Positions 7,044 through 16,744 of a stretch of DNA of 25,125 nt are shown here, one piece after another; position 1 is the stretch's first letter, and every line of letters begins with the position of its first letter. A program made the position numbers and the translations under genes. The notes under the pieces were generated by a model. It was not told the origin of the DNA. It searched no databases and was given only the letters and a program-made list of their open reading frames with translations. This DNA is from a virus (Duplodnaviria; Caudoviricetes), in IMG/VR virus record IMGVR_UViG_3300016649_000566, positions 1 to 25,125 of that record. One strand, 5' to 3'.

Positions 7044-10000
7044 CTATTTTTTCCCTGTGAGAAGTCCTTTCATGAACGCAGCAGCGTCCTCCGGCTCTTC
7101 ATCCCCAACCGTTATATCCCACAGGTAAGTGCCTTGCCTGGTGAGCGGTTTGACCGGGATGCCTAGCAGGTAGCCAGTTGCCGTTACAGCAGATTTGACC
7201 ACTTGCCCTGGGTCTTTGTCACCACTTGCTACGCCAGCGACGGCAGAGGTTAGCTGGCGGCCTGCATTGATCGCCTGCCATGCAGGTGACAACGACCCTG
7301 CGTGACCGCTCAGTGCGGAGCCGATAGTGTCCCGAATGACCGGAAAGCCAGAGACACCGAAACCCAGTGTGCTTTTCGCCATCCAGGCTGCGGTGTTCTC
7401 GTCCTCTTCTGGGCCCTTACCCGTCAGCAGATCGCCGATGACTCCCTGAAAGAACGCCAAAGCCAGCATTGAAGCTGCGGCACTGGCGACAGTTCTCGTC
7501 CCTTGGCGAGCCTCAAAGGCCAGGTCTCGGTTCTGGTTGTAGTAGGCGCTGAACGGTGTGTAGAACATCGTCAGCAAGCGCATTGCGGCGCCCTGGTCTT
7601 TGCGTTGGATTGCCGCGATGTCCATGGCTCCGGTGCCGCCTTGGGATTGCCGTACAGCCTTGTCACCATCCAACACTGCGGCCGTGCTTTCCTTGCCTGC
7701 TGCAACACCTTCACGGTAAGCCGCGAGCCAAATCGCGCCCGAGATGCCCCGATCTAGGTACCCCAGCAGATTGAACGAGAACCGTACCAGGTCGGCTTTC
7801 TTGCGGAAGAACGCATTGCGGCCGATGAGGGCGCTCATGTTGGATTGCAGTCGGCCGTCTTCCATGTCCCAGCGTAGGCGCATCGCAGGAGAAGCCTCGG
7901 TGATCATCTGGTAGGTATCAACCGGCGACCGCACGCCTTCAAGCAGGGCCGTAGCGAGTTCACGAGGCTTCACGTACAGCAGGCCAGGTATAAGTCCAGC
8001 TGCCTGGGCCAGTAGGGTTGTTGTCGAAAGCCCTAGTCCTACGATGGACGTGTTTGTCCGTGCCGTGTCGAGGAACTGGTTGAAGTTGCCAGTCTCCGGA
8101 GGGTTTCGGTCATTAGCGATGGCCCTCAACCAGGGCAGGAATGCATCAGCTCCGCGCGGGCCCAGCTTATTGATGAGCACAGCCCGAACGTAGGGATCCT
8201 GCGTAAGGCGGTGGGCGTCCTGCAACGCTTCCCGGTGGGTCAGGTCGTGGACATGCTGGGCTAGGCGCTGGGGGATGGCGCTGAGGTCGAGCAGTAGTGG
8301 CCCTGACACGCTCTCGTTACGCTGGTTGGTGAAACCGTTACCCGGTAGCGCTCCTTCAAACCCTTCACCGAACAGCTCGCCGCCGACTGCCGCTGGCGGT
8401 GCGCCTGCACGCTTGCGGTCATAGATGATTGGGAAGTAGCCACCGCGGTATTCACCGAAGGCGGTTGTGATTGGTTTCGGCTCAATGCGGGGAGGCTCCA
8501 CACCGGAGAGGCGTTTGTACATTGCTGCGATATCGGGCCACAGGCCGTCGAACGAGTCCCATACAGACTGCACCAGATCCCAATCCTGTTTGTCGAGGCG
8601 TCCCAGCATGTCAGCCAGTGATGCTTCATCGACCTTGTTCCCTTTCAACAACTTGTTGCGGTTTGACTCGTTGCCGGTGTTGAGCGCGTGCATGATTAGC
8701 TCGCGGCGGTTGAATGATTTTCCAAGGCTGGGGATGTGGAACCGATCTGCCAGGCGTTCGGCGTTCATGTCCGCAAAGCGCTCAACTATCGAGCGGATGC
8801 CGGCATTGAACAACTGACGCTCATTGGCTTGGGCCTCTGCGAGTGGGCTCCAGATCAACTGGTGCCAGGGGCCGCTGGTGTCCCTGCCGTCTAAGCGGTT
8901 GATCACGTTCTCCATCCGCGTCAATGAGGCATCCAGCCCCTGCAGAAGACCTACTGCCTTGTCACCGATGGTTTCGCTGCTTTCGGATACAGCCACTTGT
9001 CGTGCGCGTACGGGCACATTTGTGTCTAACGCAGCTATGAGATCAGTCCTTGCCTGTTCGTAATCGCGCTTGTCCTTGCGGTTCAGCAGCTTGTTTTTCA
9101 GCCTGGCCATATGCTCGATGTTTGCCACTGCGTCACGTAGGCCGCCAAGCTCCTCGAATGTCAGTTCCCGATAGTTGACGCGGGCGCTCTGTTCAATCAG
9201 GTGTTGCGGTACCGCGACGATGTTGCCGGCGGCCTCTTGCTCCCTGACGAACTGGGCGAGGCTACGGCGACGATCAACCTGCGGGCCGCTGACCTTGCGG
9301 AACTCGTACTGATCCAGCAGTCCCTCGATTTGCTCCAGGTAGTTGGCCCCGGCTTTGCCTATGCGCTCCCGGGTTGCTGGCTTCTCAAAGCGGCGCATGA
9401 AGGTATAAATCCGGTCTTCTTCCTTTCGGGCAGCTGTCGCTTCCCGGAACAAGTAATGATTCAGCAACTCCCGTTGTTTGGCCTCGGCGGCCTCTTGCCA
9501 GCGGTTTTTCGTGGCGAAGTTGAAGGCGTCCCGGTTGGCCTTGCGCTCGGCATTGAGATACAGGTGAGGCTGGATATCTCGCACAACCTTGTCCGCGATC
9601 ACCTGTTTGGCAACTGAACGGATAGCCTCCAGAGGAGGTATGGCATCGTAGGCATCGTTGCGCAGAGCCCGAGAGTCGGCATCCTGAGCCCTCTGCACCT
9701 TGTCGACCTGGCGGCGAAGACGATCAATAGCGCGCAGCTCTTCGCGGAGAACCCTGGCACGATCATCGTTGTGCACTGCCTCAATGGCACGGTCTGCCAA
9801 AGAGCCGTCGTTAAGCATGTCGCCATACTCGGCGCGCATCCTGGCGTCTGTTTCCGCTTGGATGAGTTCCTTGCGTGCACGGGCACCTACCATGGCCTGC
9901 ACCAGTTCATCACCTGATGTGTACCCGAACTGTTCGGCAACCAGGTCGGGATGAATCCCATCATCGCCTGTCATGCCGCGCAGGCGTGTTACGACCGTCT

Positions 10001-13000
10001 TGCCGTAGCGTTCCAGCAGCGGTTCGCGCAGCAGTTTTACCGGCTCGCCAATCGTCCCATCGGTCTGCACCCCTTTTCGCAAGTAGTCTTGAACGCGATA
10101 CACCGGCTGTGAGTCGACGTCTTTGGTGACGTCAGCCAGCATCTTCGCGCGCGCATCCTTCCACCACTTTTCCTGCTCTCGGGTCAGCTCGCGTAGCGAC
10201 TCGGCTGTCAGTCGTTCCTCTGCAGCCTGACCAGCCTTGTAGGCGGCTGAGTGATAAGCCTCGAACTCGGCCGGTGACATGCCGGCGGCCTGGGCATCGC
10301 TGAACAAGGTGCGGAAGGGGGCTTGAGCAACAGAAATTTCATCATCGGTGGCCAACAGTCGATCAAACACCCGACGCACGTCGTCATTGAGTTGGACGTT
10401 GAGCCGACTGGCATCGCGATAGATCTGGGTCAGCCACGCCTTGAAGCGTGAAAAAGCCGACTGCAATGCTGCGCTGGGGGCCTTCCCTTCGCGCAAGTAC
10501 GCTTCAAAGCCGCGCGCAAACTGTTCGTGCTGATCGACTTTGATGTCTGTGCGCTCATTGACGCCGAACCAATCCAGAATTGTCTGGTAGTCCTGTTTCA
10601 CCTGATCCGGAACGTCCGTGCGCGATGCGAGATCACCCATCACTTCAAGGTAAAAATGCCCGGTTTCATGCAGGAAGGTAGAAAGGTTCGCCTTGTCGGT
10701 CAGTTTGATTTCGAACTTGCGGTCGGCGCCGAACTGGATAAAGCCGCGTGTACCGTCCTCTGATTGATCGAAGCGGATGGCGTCGCTCCCGAGCAATGCT
10801 TTTCGTACTGCGGCGTTGTCCAAGACGTTCAGATCAAGGCCAGATTGATCAAGTGCTCGTTGCAGGTCATCTAGCGAGCCGCGTGCATTGAGAAGCTCTT
10901 GGTTGAGATTGGCGGGCGCTGATTGGCGTTGGCCGCGCAGTTCTTTGTCCAGTGAGGCCAAGAGCATTTCCGGCGTTGCGGTTGGCACATTTCCCAAGTA
11001 TCCGGCCTCTGCAGCTTGAGTGGCCATATCGTCCAGACTGCGCCCACCCTTCCTGGCAATTCGGTTGTTACCTCGACGGCCCACATCAGCATCACGGGCC
11101 GCCAGCTCGCCACCATCGTCGCGTATGCCGCCGCGCTCACGAATGAAGTCGATTAGCGAGGCGCCGTAGATCTTCGCGTCGTCGGGAACATCGGCGGCGC
11201 GCAGGCGATCAATCAGCAGGTCAAACTGATCAGATCCGCCAGGCTTGCGCAGCACCTCAGGAATGTCCTGGCCGATGCGGAGCCGATACTGGTTGAACAG
11301 ATCGTAAGGGTCGATACCTGAGCGCTCTCCCAGAGAGCGAAAGGCGGACTGATAAAGCGATGCCTCTCTGTCTGCTGTCTGGGCTTCGCGACCAATACCA
11401 AGCAACTGACCGCGAACATCTTCATACACTCGGCGATCCGATGCGGCGACATGGTCTTGCTCAACACGATCACGAAGGCGCTCAAGCTCCTCAGGGGCGC
11501 GTTGCTGGAACTCAGCAAGTTCTCGTAGCGTCATCGCGTCGGGAGTTGCGCGCATATCCTGCTCGAGGCCGCGGTGGTGCCCGTCCTTGGCAATGACCGA
11601 CGCCCACTTCTCCAAAGGGATTGAGATGTCTGCACCAAGGGCCAGGGCTTCTCCAAGGGCATCGGGGTTGCCTGTCGCCGCTTTGGCGAACTGCTCAGGA
11701 TCGAGGTTGTTCTCCTGGAAGTAGCGTTGGAACTGCTCGGCGGGTACCAGGATGTTTTCTACATTGCCGCCAGCCTGCTCTTTCAGCCTGGCCACGAGTG
11801 CTTCGGCTCGCTGTGGTGAGCGTTTGAACATCTTGGAGTTCTGAGCCATGTCACCCAGTTGTTGGACGGCAGCCAGATCTTTCTCGATTTGCCAATATCG
11901 TCTGCCAGAGCTGGCACTTGCGATAGCGACATCAACCGGCGACGTTGCCAAACCCAAGAAGGCGTTCAAGAACATTTCTCCCCCAGTTGCCTGTTCGCCG
12001 ACGGCAGCAGCACCTGCGACCGTGCCACCAACAGCGCCTGCAGCTTGGGCTACACCTTCAACTGCGACGTTGCCCAGCTTTCCTGCTATGCCGCGGCCGG
12101 CAAACGGAATCGGCACCATGCCGCCTAATGCGTTGATCGCGGCTTCGGCCGCAGTGCGCTTGAAGCTGTAGGCGTATGCCTGGTCTAAGTCGCCGGTTTT
12201 CTTGAGCCCTTCGGCCAGGTTCTCTCCTGCACCGCCGGCGATGCTGGTACCGAGGTTAACCCCTCCCACTACGATTGCCTTCTCAGCCGCACGTTGCGCA
12301 AAGGTGCTGGCAAGACGACTGACAGCGAAGTTCTTCACCGGTTGCGCCGCAATCCCGCCTATAACCCCGCCTGCCAAAAGGCTAGGTAGCGATTCAGTCA
12401 GTGCGCTGCCGATCAATCCAGGGTTGCGTAATGCGTACAGGGCGGTATCACTCGCCGCGCCACCCACACCAGCACCGCCGTCGCGGGCTTTGTCGAATAT
12501 CTGTCCTGCGAAAGCAATACGTTGGTCGCGTGGTAGAGCCAGGTATCCCTGGGCGGTGTTGGTGATGTTGCTTTCCGTGCGGCCCGTATAGTTCGGCTCT
12601 TCTCCCTTGTTGCGATCCAAAGCGCTCTGCGGTGCCAGTGCGTTCACGAAAAAACCACCAACCGAAGACAGCGCCCTGTCCAGCATGTTGGCGCCGGCCT
12701 CACCGATTATTCCCAGTTGACCAAAACCCTTGGTCAGTGCATCGCTCTTACTCGTTGAGTGCTGTTGACCGGACTCTTTGACGAAGTTATCAAAGGCACC
12801 TTCGACGTTGGACAGCCCGTCGATATCGTCGTGGGCCACGCTGGCGTTGTCCGGGTCAGTCAGGAACTGGTTGGTGGCCGGCGCTCGCTCAATCAGGGCG
12901 TCGTAGTCCACGGATGCCAGCTTGGCTTGTCGCTCAACCTGCTTGCGGTTGCGAACAACCATGTCAGGAGCGAGCCCTGTCAGTTCGGCCAGGCGTTGAA

Positions 13001-13157
13001 TGCTGGCTTGCTCATCCGGGTTGTTGTCAGCAACGTAGCTCAGAGCCGTGCGGGGGTTGGGCTTGCTCTGCTGGCGCTGGATGGCAACGTCGTACTTGTT
13101 TGCCTCTACGCCCTGAGGTTCTTCTTTGCCGGCGAGGATGTTGTCGTACTGGCTCAT
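7044..13157 (-). CDS. Large internal virion / DNA-ejection protein (T7 gp16-analogous, polyvalent type) with zincin-like HExxH motif (2037 aa)
   Basis: Mostly helical, with Gly/Ala-rich hydrophobic segments near both ends and STFLHETGHFYLE...HEQFARGFEAY. It is the last and largest of three size-graded genes, as in podovirus ejection operons. ATGA overlap with the upstream gene. Confidence 0.8.
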   Translation of the reverse strand: MSQYDNILAGKEEPQGVEANKYDVAIQRQQSKPNPRTALSYVADNNPDEQASIQRLAELTGLAPDMVVRNRKQVERQAKLASVDYDALIERAPATNQFLTDPDNASVAHDDIDGLSNVEGAFDNFVKESGQQHSTSKSDALTKGFGQLGIIGEAGANMLDRALSSVGGFFVNALAPQSALDRNKGEEPNYTGRTESNITNTAQGYLALPRDQRIAFAGQIFDKARDGGAGVGGAASDTALYALRNPGLIGSALTESLPSLLAGGVIGGIAAQPVKNFAVSRLASTFAQRAAEKAIVVGGVNLGTSIAGGAGENLAEGLKKTGDLDQAYAYSFKRTAAEAAINALGGMVPIPFAGRGIAGKLGNVAVEGVAQAAGAVGGTVAGAAAVGEQATGGEMFLNAFLGLATSPVDVAIASASSGRRYWQIEKDLAAVQQLGDMAQNSKMFKRSPQRAEALVARLKEQAGGNVENILVPAEQFQRYFQENNLDPEQFAKAATGNPDALGEALALGADISIPLEKWASVIAKDGHHRGLEQDMRATPDAMTLRELAEFQQRAPEELERLRDRVEQDHVAASDRRVYEDVRGQLLGIGREAQTADREASLYQSAFRSLGERSGIDPYDLFNQYRLRIGQDIPEVLRKPGGSDQFDLLIDRLRAADVPDDAKIYGASLIDFIRERGGIRDDGGELAARDADVGRRGNNRIARKGGRSLDDMATQAAEAGYLGNVPTATPEMLLASLDKELRGQRQSAPANLNQELLNARGSLDDLQRALDQSGLDLNVLDNAAVRKALLGSDAIRFDQSEDGTRGFIQFGADRKFEIKLTDKANLSTFLHETGHFYLEVMGDLASRTDVPDQVKQDYQTILDWFGVNERTDIKVDQHEQFARGFEAYLREGKAPSAALQSAFSRFKAWLTQIYRDASRLNVQLNDDVRRVFDRLLATDDEISVAQAPFRTLFSDAQAAGMSPAEFEAYHSAAYKAGQAAEERLTAESLRELTREQEKWWKDARAKMLADVTKDVDSQPVYRVQDYLRKGVQTDGTIGEPVKLLREPLLERYGKTVVTRLRGMTGDDGIHPDLVAEQFGYTSGDELVQAMVGARARKELIQAETDARMRAEYGDMLNDGSLADRAIEAVHNDDRARVLREELRAIDRLRRQVDKVQRAQDADSRALRNDAYDAIPPLEAIRSVAKQVIADKVVRDIQPHLYLNAERKANRDAFNFATKNRWQEAAEAKQRELLNHYLFREATAARKEEDRIYTFMRRFEKPATRERIGKAGANYLEQIEGLLDQYEFRKVSGPQVDRRRSLAQFVREQEAAGNIVAVPQHLIEQSARVNYRELTFEELGGLRDAVANIEHMARLKNKLLNRKDKRDYEQARTDLIAALDTNVPVRARQVAVSESSETIGDKAVGLLQGLDASLTRMENVINRLDGRDTSGPWHQLIWSPLAEAQANERQLFNAGIRSIVERFADMNAERLADRFHIPSLGKSFNRRELIMHALNTGNESNRNKLLKGNKVDEASLADMLGRLDKQDWDLVQSVWDSFDGLWPDIAAMYKRLSGVEPPRIEPKPITTAFGEYRGGYFPIIYDRKRAGAPPAAVGGELFGEGFEGALPGNGFTNQRNESVSGPLLLDLSAIPQRLAQHVHDLTHREALQDAHRLTQDPYVRAVLINKLGPRGADAFLPWLRAIANDRNPPETGNFNQFLDTARTNTSIVGLGLSTTTLLAQAAGLIPGLLYVKPRELATALLEGVRSPVDTYQMITEASPAMRLRWDMEDGRLQSNMSALIGRNAFFRKKADLVRFSFNLLGYLDRGISGAIWLAAYREGVAAGKESTAAVLDGDKAVRQSQGGTGAMDIAAIQRKDQGAAMRLLTMFYTPFSAYYNQNRDLAFEARQGTRTVASAAASMLALAFFQGVIGDLLTGKGPEEDENTAAWMAKSTLGFGVSGFPVIRDTIGSALSGHAGSLSPAWQAINAGRQLTSAVAGVASGDKDPGQVVKSAVTATGYLLGIPVKPLTRQGTYLWDITVGDEEPEDAAAFMKGLLTGKK

Positions 13158-15286
13158 TGGTTGGCCTCATTGAACAGGTTGAGGATCTCGGCATCACTCG
13201 CAGTGCGGCCGTGGCGCTTAAGCGCCGCGGTAATCTGCTCGTGCTCATCGGCGGGAATCTGCTTGATGTCCGTGACCCGAACGTTGTCCCCAGGCTTCCG
13301 CTCAAACGCGCGTTGCTTGTTGGTGAAGAAACCGAACAGTCCTGACCCTTCAACCGTTCCTTCGATGAAGGCGTGATCCACGATCTGTTGCACCTGCTCG
13401 TGTGTGGCCTTCTTGTTCTGTTGCGCCTCTAGCCCCCGGATCTGGTCATCCACATAGCGACGTGCCGTTGCCACTTGCTTGGCTACCGCTGATCCCGGTT
13501 TAGGGCTGGAAGGCATGCCTGCGTTGCGCAAAGCGTCGTTGAACAGAGCTGTGCTCGTCGAGATCGATGCTGTTGCTGCTGGCCCGCCGGTCAGCCGCTT
13601 AATCTGCAGGTCGGTCAGGCGGGTGAAGTCCTCATTGCTCAGCTTGTCACGCATGTCGAGCAGGTTGACTTCGTTCCCTTGGGCGATGAGATCCCTGGCA
13701 TTGGTATACACCTCAGGATCGGTTTGCTGATTCTGCTTGTACGCCATCAATTGCTTGCGGTCTTTTGCAGGTAGCTTGGCCCAAAGGTCGGGATCCAAGT
13801 CTTGCCATTTGTTGCCCCTGAGCATGAAGTCCCAAGCCTGCCCTTGGTTCTGAATGTGCTCCTGCTTTTGCTGATCTTGCTGCCAACTGAATCGGTCGCG
13901 TGCATCAGCGATGGCGATGCGTTTCTGATCAGGGGTTAGATCGCTGCGAGCATCAATGCCCTTGGCGATTTGGCCGAATGTCGGTTCGGCCTCCTGCTGG
14001 ACGCTGCTGAGAACTTTCTGGGTATAGTCCTTCGTTTCTTTGAAGGGGATACCCTTGATGAAGTCTGCTTCGCTGATTTCGCCCGTCCTAGGGTCACCCA
14101 ATTTCAGCTTGCTTTCATTCTTGCCCGTGGTGTTGGTGCCGTTGATCCAATCGTTAACCATTCCAGGGCCCGCGTTATAGGCGGCGACGGCCAGCGCGTC
14201 CGAACCATCGAACGTTTGGCGCAGCTTCCCGTAGTACGCCTCTCCAAGTGAGCGGTTGTAGTCTGCATCGGTCTTGAATCGCTTTTCGTCCCATGGCAAG
14301 CCAGCAGCCTGAGCAGCCTCAGGGCCAGTGCTAGGCATCACCTGGGCGATACCTACCGCTCCACGATTGGAGGTAAGTGGCGCTCCGGATGCGTCGACCT
14401 GGCGACCGTCGCTCTCCGCCTGAAGCATTGCCGCGAACACCGATCCGCTCCCGCTTTTGGCTTGCTCGACCGCCTGTGCTCCAACGCTGACGCCGATGCT
14501 TCGATCCAGCAGCGGGTTGAGGGTTTTAATCAGGCTTTCTCGGTTCTTCAGGGTGAGCGATGAATATGGGCCGTCGTCCCAGTTAGACAGATCACGCTGG
14601 ATTTGCTGCAGTTGTTCCGGATTGTTCCCGGCGCTGTGGATCCGCGCCAGTGCGTTAGCGGAATAGGCCGACTGTTCAAAGGTGCGCACCTCTTTATCCC
14701 AGCCATCGATGCCATAAGCGCTGCGGCCAACGGTCTGAACACCGTCCGCCCGCGCTCGATTGAGGATCTGGCCCAGGTCAGCATCTGGCCTGGCGGCTGC
14801 GTTCTCCAACAGATCAAACCGAGACCGGAGCTCACTTTTAGCCAAACCTGTGCGGGCCTCCAGCACCGATCCTTGGATCTGTTGAAGCTTGTTTGCCTGC
14901 ATCTTGCGTACAGCGAGATTCAAATGCTCTTGGTCAGATGCATCCAGGCCTGCGACTTTCACCGGCTCCAGCTTGCTGATGAATTGCTGATAGCTTGATT
15001 CGCCTTGGTCAGGTTGGACTTCCAGGGTTTTCAGCTTGCCGCTGAGCTCGTTTACCCCGGTGTCTAGTTGGCTCTCATAGTCCAACAGCGCGTTGCTTAC
15101 CTTGACCTTAGAGAGCTCCTGGTCTTCTTTGTTTTTCTGGTCAAGGAAGGAAAGCGCTGCGTTCTGAACTGTGCCGGCTAACTGTTGCGCGCCACGATTC
15201 AGATTATTTGGGTCTGGTGTAATAACGCGATTTTGGGGCGCCTCTGGCAATACACGTACGCCCGGGCCAAGTGGTATCTGTGCCAT
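13154..15286 (-). CDS. Internal virion / ejection protein with lytic transglycosylase (SLT) domain (710 aa)
   Basis: SLT motifs AMLQAESDG (catalytic Glu), GAVGIAQVMPST, AVAAYNAGPG and ETKDYTQKV sit in a helical Q-rich scaffold. ATG 15286 overlaps the upstream stop (TGATG) and has a GAGGA RBS. Confidence 0.88.
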   Translation of the reverse strand: MAQIPLGPGVRVLPEAPQNRVITPDPNNLNRGAQQLAGTVQNAALSFLDQKNKEDQELSKVKVSNALLDYESQLDTGVNELSGKLKTLEVQPDQGESSYQQFISKLEPVKVAGLDASDQEHLNLAVRKMQANKLQQIQGSVLEARTGLAKSELRSRFDLLENAAARPDADLGQILNRARADGVQTVGRSAYGIDGWDKEVRTFEQSAYSANALARIHSAGNNPEQLQQIQRDLSNWDDGPYSSLTLKNRESLIKTLNPLLDRSIGVSVGAQAVEQAKSGSGSVFAAMLQAESDGRQVDASGAPLTSNRGAVGIAQVMPSTGPEAAQAAGLPWDEKRFKTDADYNRSLGEAYYGKLRQTFDGSDALAVAAYNAGPGMVNDWINGTNTTGKNESKLKLGDPRTGEISEADFIKGIPFKETKDYTQKVLSSVQQEAEPTFGQIAKGIDARSDLTPDQKRIAIADARDRFSWQQDQQKQEHIQNQGQAWDFMLRGNKWQDLDPDLWAKLPAKDRKQLMAYKQNQQTDPEVYTNARDLIAQGNEVNLLDMRDKLSNEDFTRLTDLQIKRLTGGPAATASISTSTALFNDALRNAGMPSSPKPGSAVAKQVATARRYVDDQIRGLEAQQNKKATHEQVQQIVDHAFIEGTVEGSGLFGFFTNKQRAFERKPGDNVRVTDIKQIPADEHEQITAALKRHGRTASDAEILNLFNEANQ

Positions 15287-15825
15287 CAGGAATTCCTCAC
15301 CCAGGCTGGATTGGTATTCAGTTCTTGCGTTTGGCCCTGCATGTCTCGACCTGCAGCGGATGCTTTCCACCCGCTAGCAATCCGAGCTCCACTGGAAAGC
15401 ACGGTGCCAATGGATTGGGCGTTCGCGTTGGATCGAGCCTGGCTTCCTGCCAGCTTGTAGTTGCTGGTATCGACGGAGCCGCGGGCCTTTTGGTTCTGGC
15501 CATTGAAGATGGTCAACACCGCGTCTTCCTCGGCATTGCCGATGATTTCTTCGTTGATGTTGACCGCGGTGCCTTCACCAACTTCAACACCAGACCCTGC
15601 AAGGGCCGTGTTGGCCTCACTGGCCTGGTTGCGGGCAATCCGTCGGATACGGTCGGCCTGCACCATTGAGGCACTGGCGGCCGCGTTGGCGTCGTTTTGT
15701 GCCTGCTCGGATTGAGCATCAGCGTTCAAGCTGGCCTGCTTACCGGCCTGCTGCGTTGAGTAGACCGAATAGGCCGTACCGGCAACGGCAGTGGCTAAAG
15801 CGACAGCGGTGGTGTATCCAGACAT
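15286..15825 (-). CDS. Small internal virion / ejection protein, T7 gp14-like (179 aa)
   Basis: Hydrophobic Ala-rich N-terminus (TTAVALATAVAGTAYSVYS), A/Q/N-rich helix, ALAGSGVEVGEGT motif and a Gly/Ser-rich segment near the C-terminus; GGAG RBS. Confidence 0.72.
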   Translation of the reverse strand: MSGYTTAVALATAVAGTAYSVYSTQQAGKQASLNADAQSEQAQNDANAAASASMVQADRIRRIARNQASEANTALAGSGVEVGEGTAVNINEEIIGNAEEDAVLTIFNGQNQKARGSVDTSNYKLAGSQARSNANAQSIGTVLSSGARIASGWKASAAGRDMQGQTQELNTNPAWVRNS

Positions 15826-15827
15826 GG

Positions 15828-16286
15828 TTATTCTCCAGTGGTGATGGTCAGGTCGTTGCTTTGCTGGCGCGACATGAGTGCTGTGGGTTGATTGGTAAAT
15901 TCAGATTCGGCGTCTTCAACCGTTTTGGCCTGGGTGGCAAAGGTCATGGTCAGGTCGGTATCGGCATGTGCTACAAACACCTGCTTGCGGCCGGCCTGTC
16001 CCGGGACGATGTGGTATCCCTTCAGCTCAAGTGTTTCGCCACCGATGAAAACCGTGACGTGGCCCGAGACAATCAGCAGAGTGGGGATATTGATCAGGGC
16101 GCCAGTGATCATTACGCCGGCGGGAATGCGGATGGTTCGGGAGTAGAGTCCCGCGTGAAAGTGGTGCTGGGTCTGGATGGCCACTTGCTCCATACCAAGC
16201 AAATGCGACTCCAACCCTCGGACTTTCTCAACGTCTGCACTTGTCATAGCGGGGAGTGATGGAGCCGCGGAGGCGATGCTGTTCAT
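15828..16286 (-). CDS. Phage cupin-like beta-rich protein (152 aa)
   Basis: HHFHAGLYSRTIRIPAGVMITG...LIVSGHVTV...GRKQVFVAHADT is a cupin-type pattern I associate with phage virion gene regions. ATGA-coupled to the GNAT gene. Confidence 0.7.
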   Translation of the reverse strand: MNSIASAAPSLPAMTSADVEKVRGLESHLLGMEQVAIQTQHHFHAGLYSRTIRIPAGVMITGALINIPTLLIVSGHVTVFIGGETLELKGYHIVPGQAGRKQVFVAHADTDLTMTFATQAKTVEDAESEFTNQPTALMSRQQSNDLTITTGE

Positions 16287-16744
16287 GCGAGCACCTTCAG
16301 GAATACCTGGTTGGTTTCGCGGTATCCGGAGCGGGGCAAAACCATCGCCAGCCTGCTGCCAATGGGCGCGCTGATCATCAGGGCAGATGCGCCCAGTGCT
16401 AGGGCGCGGGCCTCGGCTGCACGCAACAGCTTGATACCTGCCCCGCCCTTGCGTGCATGCGGCTCAACGAAGAATGACTCCATCGCGCAGATGCGACGGC
16501 CCGCGTAGTGCGGCAACCCATACACCAGCAGTGAGGCAAGCCCGACCAAGTCAGGGCCGAACGCACCGAGAATGTGGAGTGCGCCGCTCGCCTCCATTGC
16601 CCGATACGTTGAAAAGCAGGCATCAACCTCGCCGAACTCAGGGATGCTCGATTCATCGCCATAGGCAGCCAGTAACTCAGGCAATGCGCCGGCCTGCTCC
16701 AGCTCGGCCATCGTGCAGGTTCGAATAATCGTTTCAATGCCCAT
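16283..16744 (-). CDS. GNAT-family acetyltransferase (153 aa)
   Basis: ESFFVEPHARKGGAGIKLLRAAEARA is acetyl-CoA-binding motif A. Its position ahead of ejection genes matches podovirus morphogenesis clusters. Confidence 0.85.
   Translation of the reverse strand: MGIETIIRTCTMAELEQAGALPELLAAYGDESSIPEFGEVDACFSTYRAMEASGALHILGAFGPDLVGLASLLVYGLPHYAGRRICAMESFFVEPHARKGGAGIKLLRAAEARALALGASALMISAPIGSRLAMVLPRSGYRETNQVFLKVLA

Noticed and set aside
13154-15286. Stand-alone endolysin or conjugative VirB1
   Set aside because: The SLT domain is embedded in a 710-aa helical protein between gp14-like and giant genes; there is no signal peptide, holin-spanin cassette or T4SS gene.
7503-16259. Numerous plus-strand and nested ORFs (e.g. 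12759-13376, 15666-16259)
   Set aside because: Antisense shadows of long GC-rich genes, with no recognisable motifs.
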